The notes beneath the pieces are model-generated. The model searched no databases and was not told the DNA's origin. It saw only the letters and a list, made by a program, of their open reading frames with translations. This document shows, piece after piece, positions 53,523 to 64,000 of a DNA stretch of 64,000 bases (positions are counted from its first letter, which is position 1; every line of letters begins with the position of its first letter). A program made the translations under genes and the position numbers. The DNA lies in NCBI RefSeq assembly GCF_009914755.1, contig NC_060929.1, one strand, 5' to 3'. The stretch comes from the human T2T-CHM13v2.0 reference genome, Homo sapiens.

Positions 53523-55214
53523 GTCAGCATTGAGGGGACTATCATTGGGAAGTAGTGGCCCTACTTACCTTTCTGCCACTGAAGCCAACAACACAGCAGA
53601 TCTTCCTTAGGAGAGCATTGGAGGGAATGGCATTCTGTTTCCTCAAGGCTAGGCTAAGTTTGGTCAAGAATACAGGAGAAAGAAAAAGGTGAGTTTATCT
53701 ACAATGTGATTTAAAAGTGTAAAATGAAAAAGAGGAGTAAAAGACCAGGTAGATAAGATGAAATGGTATTCTGCTGGAGCTAGGGAAGGCTTATACTGGG
53801 AATGATAACATTTCACTCTCTGGCTCCTTTAATATGAAGTTTTCTTTCATTTCAGATATTACCCAAAGTAGGCAGATAAAACCTCGTTTTGATCAGTCAT
53901 GACTAGTCTACCACATTGTGCTCTGTGTTTATCCCTTTGACTCGAATTCCCTAAGTTTAGTTTATTTCTCTCAGGTTCCAATTTGCAATTGCCCCCGTTA
54001 GCAAACCATCCAGATTTCTTTCTCAGACATTCTGACTTCAGTTCCCTGCTCATCTCTACAATTTGTGCTCTGCCAGTTTGACACTGTGTTCAAGCTCCAG
54101 TAAGAAACTTGCCCTCCCTATTCCAAGCCAGTTGGAATTTCTGATTGTCTCTCTAACAGGCTTTATATTTATCCCTTTTCTTTTCCAGTCATGCATATAA
54201 GGGGAGCAGTATTTAGGAAATTGAATGCACTACATGTTACTAGTAGGAGCAAAAGTAAGCACTGGGTTAGCAAGACTTGATCCGAAATGCTGGAAGAATT
54301 ATGAATGTGAAGATCCATGAGGACACTGGGGCATTTTGCTTCTTCACACTTATCATTCTTAAACATATGACTTTCTACTTACTGGCATAAAAAATGTTCT
54401 GTAGCCAATTTCTCTGATATCTGGGGCATCAGTGGCTGTTTGTTATTCTTTTCTGTCGAGACTTTGAATCCTATTTAAGAGGCATTTGGTATCTGTATGG
54501 CCCCAATATTCTGGCTCATAGTCATTGCCCAAAACTTCTTGGTTATTAATATAGATAATGGATATATTTCTTGTAGAACTGTTACACAAGAATCCCCAAA
54601 TATAGTTTAAAGGAACAGATAAAATTAACATACATTATTTAAATGATTTTAGTACCTAGTATATGTTTGACAAAAGTACTATTTATTCAATGATTTTTCC
54701 CTCTACCCCATGAAGATTCTATAAAGAATCTATAAAAGATTTAATATAGTTAACAACTATGATTTTAATGACTTTAATTAAAATAACAAATTGCTTTAGA
54801 TTCTTCAGTGGCTATCGGATTTCTTGGCTATATGGAGTAACAGATTCATTCCCATGTTTTAAAAATAGCTTTAAAAAACATTAAAACAGGATGAAGAACA
54901 TTTAGAATGGTCTTGTCATTTATTTCTTTCTTTTCTAAAAGCGATTTGGCATCTTTTTCTCATAAAAGATGGAAATATATAATGAGAAAAGAATAAGCGA
55001 CAATATGGATAAACAGATAAAAAGCAAACTTTATTAATGCAATGCTTGATTGCATGGAAACAATATATTATAGTTATTCAAATAATAAGATTTTTCCACC
55101 AATTCATTTTCCATTATTATCTCTTTTGTATAGTCAATCCCTTTCCAGTTCTTTATTGCATTCATAAGGGTTTGGTATCAACACCAGTGAATACTCCCAT
55201 CTCAACTGTGGAAA

Positions 55215-55560
55215 ATTAGGTTAAGCTTCAGCCAGGCTAACAGAGAACTGGTACATATCGGCGGCTTATCAACAAAGGTTTCTCCCTTATGCTGTGGGTC
55301 CAAGATGGGCTTACTGAGGCTCACTCCATGTTTTTTGAAGGACATGGCCAGACATTGTGGCAGAGGGGCAGAGCCCCTGAGAACCTTGGACTGCTCCTCT
55401 GATTTAAAAATGATACACATGCCATTTCCATACACATTTCGTTGGTCATAAAAGGTCACGTAGTCATGCCTGAGTTCAACAGGCTGGAAATGTACAGTTT
55501 TTCCAAAGGGAGGGTGACTAAAAGATCCATTGGATATAAAGGTGACTAAAAATACAACAT
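55215..55560 (-). mobile_element. Old MLT1 (J/K/L-like) LTR remnant
   Basis: ggcttatcaacaaaggtt...catttccatacacatttcgttggtcataaaaggtcacgtagtcatgcctgagttcaacaggctggaaatgta. Confidence 0.55.
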
Positions 55561-58165
55561 ACCTCATTTTCTTCTTCTCTGTGAAGAAGATTTAGTACTT
55601 TGAGTTTAAGTAAACTGTTCAATATCACACAACAGGTAAGTTATCAGACAAAGGTACACATTTAAACAGTTTAATTTCCAAAGCATGATATTACAGTTTT
55701 ACTGTGTGCCTCTTTCCTGAACATGGTTAAATGGGTTGAGATTCTCCTGGCACCAAGAAAGTGTGAAAAATTAGATTTCTTGAAAAAATTATAGGGAATC
55801 CATGTTTATCAGAACTGTCATACATTAATAATGGAATTCAAAATTTCCTGTTTTTTCTTTTGTCCTTCCTTTGGTCGTATCACAGTCATAACCTTGATCT
55901 TTACACTCAATTTTTATCTGCCTCTTCATGCATACAAAATCTATGTAGTTACTTGATGTTACTGCTGATGAGAAAGAGAATGCCAATGTTTAATCAAACA
56001 GAGGACAGCATGAGGTCATGGGAAAACAACATATACATATAATGTCTTCTAACTTTTAAAGTAGATGACAATTTGGTTTCAATCATTGTGGTTTTAGTTT
56101 CTAATATCATTTTACATTGTTATGCTTTCTAACTAAAGAGTTCAAGTGAATTGTGGTATAACTCATTTCTCTTTCATTGCTATGGACTATTGCAATATCA
56201 TTCAATTACACAGTCTCATAAAATGCTTGGGGCCAAATCTTTTATGGATATTTGACACTCAGAATTACATTTAAGACATTTATATGTATCTCTAGAGAAA
56301 CTATAGTATTTAGATATTATATGGATTATGCCTTTTCATGAAATAAATACATGGATTTTGATGATTCTTGCCTCTCTGTAGCTGTGCCATTTTAAAAATA
56401 GTGTTTTAAATAGCTTAATTTAAATGTGTTTTAAATAGTTGATATTTATGTTTATATATATATTTTTAAATAATGTAGAAAACATAGCTTATAATCTTAG
56501 GCTTGATTGATATTTTCCTTGTAGAATGCTCTAGGTGCATGACAATTCCTGTGTAACATCATAAAACACATCCTTGTTAGTGCCTGGGGATTTACTGTTA
56601 ATCATTTCATTTCTGATTTGTTTTAACTGTATGTGGTATTGAGGTTGGGGGAAGAAAAATGAAGAAAAAGATTTTGAGGACAAAAAACAGGAGGTAAATG
56701 AAGATTTATTAAGAATACTATTCCAAGGATGTTAAAGTAAGTAAAATGCTATAAATATTCATAGCATTTGACATTCTTCAAACTAAATATTTTATTAGAA
56801 TAATAGCATTTCTAGTATTAATTATTTCCTATTTGAATATAATGATTCCTAGGCTGGGACATGTGCTATTACTACCCAAAATGGTACTTGGCTCCAAGGA
56901 TATATCATACATTATATATTGAATAAATAAATAAATATTGCATAAGAAAACAAAATGCTTACAATTTTATAACTGGAAATTAACTTATTGTGGAGTTCTT
57001 TATTTGCAGTTAAGTATAAATATAATTTAGAGATTATTTTATTAAGGATAAAATAACATAATAATTTAAGATAAAAATAACACTGATGAAGTGATTATAT
57101 TTTAAAATTAATTTTAGGAGGAACAGTTGAGGAATCTGCAAATTACTTTGAGCTACTTTTTCTTTTTATACTTGACTTACCTGGTAGTGGAGTGCAGGTT
57201 TTACAACTGGCTGTTGCATAATAAATATTCACTATTTCAGGTTTCAGTTTAACAACACTCTAAGACTCTATTAAAGTTTCCAGGCACAGAAGTCAGATTT
57301 CTAAAGTCCACAACAACGTCTAGTTGGAGAAAAGATTTGGCTTTCTTAAATATTTTCTTCTAAATGTAAGATAATCTCACTTCTCAGTCAAGTCTGATGC
57401 AAATTATTTTTATTGGAAACAAAATTATCCAAGAACAAATTAAATTTGTGCATTCCAAGTTATTTTCTGATGTATTTACCAGATTGGTTCAAAGTATATA
57501 GTCCATTTTGCTAAATAAGCAGGCATCCTTATAATGAAAATTCAATATAGACAGTAAATGTTAAAGAAGATGTTTAATTATTGTTTTAGCTTATAATTCT
57601 TCATAATAGTTAGAAATATGAAAATCCTTGTAGCTCTAATGTTCCCTATAGTTTGTTTCCAAGTATATAAATAAGAAGCTAGACTTATTAACTATGTATT
57701 TTAAAATAATGATATGTATTTGAATAAAAATCAATATAAACTTCTTAGAAGTTCATAATCTGAACTCCAAAAAGTCTTTGGGGTTCAAAACACCAGTATT
57801 ATAAAAATAATTCCTTTTATTGCAAATTGCAATTTTGATAAAATTTTATATATTTTTTTCTCATATGATCTTCTTAACAATTACATGTTGCAGGCGGATT
57901 ATTTGTTAACTTAATAGACTATAACTTAGAGAGTTTCAATGATTAGTGATGTTTACAAAGTTAGTGAAGACAGAATTAAGACTTCCGACTTCAATTCTAT
58001 CTCTCTTCAGCATGGCAAATGTTATATGTTTAACATGTTTTTTATTTGTAATTTCACAATACTTACATATAATTCCATGTTGAGTTTTGTTATCTTGAGT
58101 AAATTCTTATTAACTTGTGGAATTTCTCTCGCAATATTATATTTCAGGATTAAAAAAAATCTTTA

Positions 58166-58464
<299 letters not shown>

Positions 58465-58477
58465 TTAAAGCAGAATC

Positions 58478-58625
58478 CCAGTTTCTCAAATTGTGGTTCA
58501 CAGATCACCTGTTACAGAGTGAATTGTTTTGATGGATGGAACTGCAGGTTCCTTTGCTCTACATACTGATAAGAATCTCTGAGGAAGGGTCAAGGGTTTG
58601 CATTGTAACAAGCTTTCTGGGTAAC
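58478..58625. mobile_element. MER5A/B remnant
   Basis: cagtttctcaaattgtggttcacagatcacctg...agaatctctgagg...tgcattgtaacaagct. Confidence 0.55.
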
Positions 58626-59324
58626 ATAGAACATATGTAACAATGAAGGAACAATCTTACCAGTGAAAGAAGATAATAAAACTGGTAGATAAATCGTGGT
58701 TAATCAGGAAAAGGCTTTTAATGCAAACTAAGGTTTAGGATTAGATGGTAATAAGTTATTATACATTGTCAACCAGGTTATGAAATAAATATTATTTTAT
58801 AGAATAATTTACCTAATAATGTTACGAAAGGTAACAAAAAGTAGAAAGATGATTGAAAACAAGGTAAACTTTAGAAGGCTATTTCCCAAATTCAGTCATA
58901 AAATGTTGTAAGTAGAAGAGGATAAGATTAATTAAAAGGCAATATAAAAATAGAACATAAGAGGATCTTTGAGGGAAGGGAAAACATAATTTTGATATAA
59001 CACATGAGGGGATAACTTTAGCTTTCTAAACTAGCAATCAAACACTTAGTGGTAGTAACACAGTGAAATAGGGAAGGTTCATAACTTGGGTTAGGAATAA
59101 TTTGCCAACTGTAAGCATACTAAATTTCAGAATTCAGTCAAGATATTCTAGGTAGAAATATGGATTGTAGCCAACCTATGAGGTGGAGTTAGAAAAATGC
59201 TTTGAGAATTATTAGCATGAAAGTTAAATCTGAAAGAACAGAAGTATAAGAAGTATCTAAGAAAATGAACAAAAAGGAGATAAAACATTGATGACAGAGA
59301 AATCTCAGAGTCACGTTAATAGTA

Positions 59325-59532
59325 AACACAGAGCATAGTTCTTGGCGCTTCATACATTGGAACTCATTTAATTGCACAAAAACCCTATGAGAAGGGTACT
59401 ATTGTAATCCACTTTTTAGAGGTAAAGAAACTTAGCTCCAAAGAGGTCTAGAAATGGCTTCATTCTAGACATAGAAAGTAGCAGAAACAAAATAGTAACC
59501 CAGAATATTTGGCTTCAGAGGCAATGCTCTCT
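59325..59532 (-). mobile_element. MIR SINE
   Basis: ctcatttaattgcacaaaaaccctatgagaagggtactattgtaatccactttttagaggtaaagaaact. Confidence 0.7.
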
Positions 59533-60365
59533 ATAGTCTACTTGATTCTTATGCCTCAGTTATGAAAGCTAATGAGCACAGGGAGCCAAGGAAGAAGACT
59601 ATTGAACTTACACACATCCCAATAAAGAATGAGGAGAACTAAGTTATGGGAAACTGTAGAATAAGTATAAGGAATCTCTGTACAATCTTTTTTTTCATTT
59701 ATTACAACTACAATCTGTAGTTGTACCTGACTACAGATACAACATGAATAATAAAGGCAAAAATTCCTATCATGGGAGAAATTTGAAGGTCTGAGAAAAA
59801 GATCATATTTCTGAATTATTGACCTCCGTGCAAAAATAAAGGACAAAGATATAGAAAGGTATAGTCCTAATCATCACGTTGCCACATATACAAATTAGCT
59901 TATTGGAAAATAGTAATTAGGCAGAAAGACTTAAAACCATAAAGAGAAAAATGTTTCTCCAGTTCATTAACTCAGAAGTGATAAGTGAATTCTTTCCTAA
60001 TCCAACTAACTTGGGAATGTGTCAAACATAAATAACAAAGAATATAAATGCAACTTATTTCCAGTAAATCGATATGATAGAATGGCTGGTCAAGGACACA
60101 CACAATGATTGTACTGAAATTGTATCTAAATTCTATTGAAGAGACAACTGAAGTGAAGTTAAAAAAGACCAAAAAACAGTATGTAATATTTATATTCCTC
60201 TTATGTGTAAGCATTGCATATCCAAAAAGATGAAAAGGGAGCAAGTCAATCAAATACATTTCTATTCATAAGTGATATAGATTTTATGGGCCAGACAGGC
60301 CTGAACATTTTTATGCATGTTCATGGCTAATACCTGTTCCACATTTTTGCAAGCCCAGTAATCCT

Positions 60366-60898
60366 TGCGTCTTAGTTAGTTTAAGCTGTGTCTTAGTTCT
60401 TTTGGGTTGCCATAAAAAATACCTTAGATAGGGTACATTATAAGCAACAGAAATGTATTGCTCACAGTTCTGGAAGTTGAGGATTTCAAGGTCAAGGCAC
60501 TAGCAGATTTGGTGTCTGGTAAAAGCTTACTCTGGGGGGAGGGTGACCAAAATTCAGACCATAGAAAGATGCTGTAACAAAATAGACCAGGTGGCTTAAA
60601 CAACAGTTCTGGATGCTGGGAAGTTTGAGATCGGGGTGCCAGCATGGTCGAAGTCTGGTGAGGTCTTGCTGACTTGCGTATATAGCGCCTTTCTCACTGT
60701 GTCCTCAAGTGGTTTAAAGGAGAAGTTCTGGTGTCTCTTCCTCTTGTTCTAAGGACACTAATCACATCATGAGGGCCACACTTCCAAGACCTCATCTAAA
60801 CCTAATTACCTGCCAAAGGCCCCACTTTCTAATATGATCATCTGGGGGTTAGGGCTTCAGCAATATGAATTTTGGGGGTACACATTTAGTTCATAACA
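60366..60898 (-). mobile_element. MLT1A0-like LTR containing a second, internally deleted MLT1A/MST-like LTR (60389-60566)
   Basis: Two tgtcttagt-type starts. The inner element ends ttcagaccatagaa, flanked by AGCTG/AGATG. The outer element ends catttagttcataaca. Confidence 0.75.
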
Positions 60899-61067
60899 CC
60901 TTCTGTTGATGGGAATTGACTCATGCTGATTACTAAAAGTGTATAGTCCATTTTGCTATTACCTTCTTTAGGATGAAGATGGAATCCAGGTTAACTATTG
61001 TTAATAGCCTCTCAATTTTCCTCCTTACTCCACATTCGGCAAAAATTATTTTTTCTGAAATACGGGT

Positions 61068-61140
61068 CATTGATTCATTCAGTGTTCAACAAAAATACGT
61101 TGAGTTCCTACTGTATGCAAGGCATTCTGTTAGATGCTGT
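61068..61140 (-). mobile_element. L2 3' end fragment
   Basis: cattgattcattc..ttcaacaaaaatacgttgagttcctactgtatgcaaggcattctgttagatgctg. Confidence 0.7.
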
Positions 61141-62856
61141 TTTAATTATCCTCCTTTTACATTTAAAAAAATGGTAGACTAATTCTTCAATGGTTTTTCA
61201 TTTATGCTTATGCAATATCCAAATACAATTACTACGTTACCTACAAAATAAATCCTAACTCTTAAACCCCAGAGTGTTCTAAAGTATAGTCTTGACCTTT
61301 TTGCCTTTCACTTTCTTCCTGCTATTCTAGCTGGATAGGAGTAATTCTTCTTTCTTATACATGCTTTCTTGATTATTTATCTTTGTTCAATATTTCCTTT
61401 TAAGTCCATTTTCTAGCATTTTATTCCACGAACGTCCTATTCGTCATTTGAAGCATAACACACACATTATTTTCTACAACAAGACTTTTTCTCATTTTCT
61501 AAAACCTGTCCTCTTTCACCCCTTCATCCAAGTAATCTTTTCATAGTATGAATTCTGGTAAAATTCTAACTATAGTCTTCCTAAGACACTCAGTTTCTAA
61601 CTAATGAGCACTTACTGTGTGGCAGTCACCGTCCTGTAACCTGGAATGTGGTCAGGAAGGAATAGACAACACAATTTAGTCTCTGAATTTAAATTAGGTC
61701 TAATGAGAAGATTGGCATATAAATAGAAGAGTAAAAAATCATTTGGTAGGTGCAGTATCATGCTAATGGTAAGAAAAGTGAAATCAATTTTGTCAACAAC
61801 TATGGACTGAAATACAGAATGTAAAATGAAGAAAATGGGAGAGGCAGGACTTGAGAAGGGATAAGGGTCAGTGCCAAGTTACTGATGAGCTGCATGCACC
61901 ATGAGATGGAGTTTGGGATGTTTTTCAAAGTGTCCTCTACATTTAGAGTTCTCCCTCAACAGTAGTACAATATATAACAATTTCTCCCTTAGTACCTTGA
62001 GGATAATAATCTTTTATGATGAAGCCTTCACATTTCAGGCTTAACTATCTCTCTCTTAATGTATCAAAACCCACTTAAAGCTATCATGTACTGTAAAGTG
62101 GCATAAAACTTAAAAGAATAAGAATTATGTGGATATAGATGAGAATTTTTCGAGGTTAAAGTTTATAGCAATAGTGAGATCAAATAAGATGAGATGAATA
62201 AGTGAAACTCAGATGACACAACTACTTCATCACACTCCAGGAAGGCTCTTGATATTGGCCGAAACTACGAGAAGCAATTTTGATTTTCAGGATCATTTCA
62301 AATTTTAAAATGTCAAAGGATTTTAATACTCTTTTCAAATTGGCAATTTTGTTCTATGCCAAATAAAACTTTATCCTATTACTTTTAAAGTATGACATCC
62401 AGGAAAAACTAAATGAATGATACTTTATAAAATCAATATAATTAGGTTATTTTCTCCATGATAAAAATATTTAAAGTAAGTCAAAGACTCGGTCATAAAA
62501 TACTATGATTAAAATCATTTTGAGATCAAGCATAACAAATTGCAGAATTCTGCAGAAAGTGCAAGTCCAAATATTATATATAGAAATTAAAAATGTAACA
62601 GTGAGAAATTACTGATATACAGATAGACCTGCAAATTTGGAAAAAAAAAAAACCTACTAGTCTTAGATCCAGTCCTTCTTTACTTATGAGAAAAGTCATT
62701 TAACTTCTCTTGAATTGTATGTGTTCTTATATAATGAAAAAACTGGACCAGGTCAGTGGTTCTGATAAATTAACAAAATATACACATGTATATAGCTATT
62801 ATTTTCATTTGAAAATTTGATATATATTAGAATTACACACATTTAAAGTTTCATTA

Positions 62857-63235
62857 CAGAAGGTCCTCAATTTATGATACTTCAACTTAGGATTTTTATG
62901 ATGATTCAACAATAATATGCTTTCAGTAGAAACTGTACTTCAAGTTTTGAATTTTGATCCTTTCCTGGGAGCAACATGTGACAGGATACACTCTCATAAT
63001 GCTGGGCCACGGCGATAACCTGCAACTCCCAGAACAACTGATATTCTGCAGTGGGCTATGTGGCCAGTAGAGTTTGCCCAACTGTAGGTTAAATATAACT
63101 GTTCTGTATATGTTTAAGGCTTTTCTATTTGGTAGATTAAGGGTGTGAAATGCATTTCCAACGTGATATTTTCAACTTATGATGGGTTTATCAGGACATT
63201 ACCCCATTACCCCATTGTAAATTGAGGAGCATCTG
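62857..63235 (-). mobile_element. MER47/Tigger5-type DNA transposon with TA TSDs
   Basis: TIRs ta|cagaaggtcctcaatttatgat and attgtaaattgaggagcatctg|ta. Internal tttgcccaactgtagg. Confidence 0.8.
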
Positions 63236-63238
63236 TAA

Positions 63239-63570
<332 letters not shown>

Positions 63571-63728
63571 TACATCTGTGATTTCTAGACCCTGGTCTAC
63601 CTGAGAAAATCTATAGTCTCGTCCATCCTCTTGTTTCAACCTCTATAGTTTTATAAATTAGAACACCACAATTTTGCAGTATTTTAGATTGTGTGAGGAT
63701 TTCTTTAACATTACTTCACGAGATTTTT

Positions 63729-63892
63729 GGCAGGTGTGGTGGCTCACACCTGTAACGCTAGCACTTTGGGAGGCCGAGATGGGAGGATGGCTTGAGCCCA
63801 GAAGTTAGAGGCTGCAATGAGCTGTGATTGTGCCACTGCACTCCAGCCCAGCCTGGGTGATAGGAAAAAGACCCTATGTCTTAAAAAAAAAA
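63729..63892 (+). mobile_element. Monomeric Alu (FRAM/FAM-like or recombined AluJ monomer)
   Basis: About 165-bp single arm: ggtgtggtggctcacacctgtaa...gcttgagcccagaagttagaggctgcaatgagc...gaccctatgtctt plus an A tail. Confidence 0.85.
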
Positions 63893-64000
63893 GTTTTGAG
63901 TAAAAGAAAAAAAATTCTGTCTTCTCATTATTCAACTCACTTAAAATGGTGATTAAAAAAAATTAAGACCAAAATTCTAAATTCTCTATCAATTCAAGCT

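Noticed and set aside
57175-57192. U1 snRNA gene or pseudogene
   Set aside because: Similarity is limited to 18 nt, with no stem-loops or Sm site. It is not called as an ncRNA.

Overview
This is AT-rich primate genomic DNA, almost certainly human: it carries AluY and AluYc1-type SINEs, THE1/MST/MLT LTRs, L1PB/L1MA LINEs, and MER/Tigger DNA transposons. I found no credible protein-coding gene, RNA gene, CpG island or CRISPR array. The long ORFs in the track are decayed L1 ORF2 pieces, Alu or LTR read-throughs, or chance ORFs. Two near-full-length dead L1s (about 15.9-22.9 kb on +, about 29.5-36.3 kb on -), about 10 Alus and about 15 solo LTRs dominate the window. The observations most worth following up are: (1) a THE1 LTR carrying the PRDM9 hotspot variant CCTCCCT, an intact DUX4 motif and a deletion of its poly(A) signal; (2) a very young AluYc1-type insertion forming an inverted pair with a neighbouring AluY; (3) two non-tandem local duplications (271 bp and about 100 bp) and several template-switch-like junctions and palindromes; (4) a perfect 24-bp quasi-palindromic minisatellite; (5) two multi-layer transposon nests; and (6) motif-dense unique segments near 9.6, 10.7, 13.2 and 28 kb that look like candidate enhancers or promoters. 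I see no evidence of a wholly new biological system. Repeat subfamily names come from recalled consensus sequences, not database searches.
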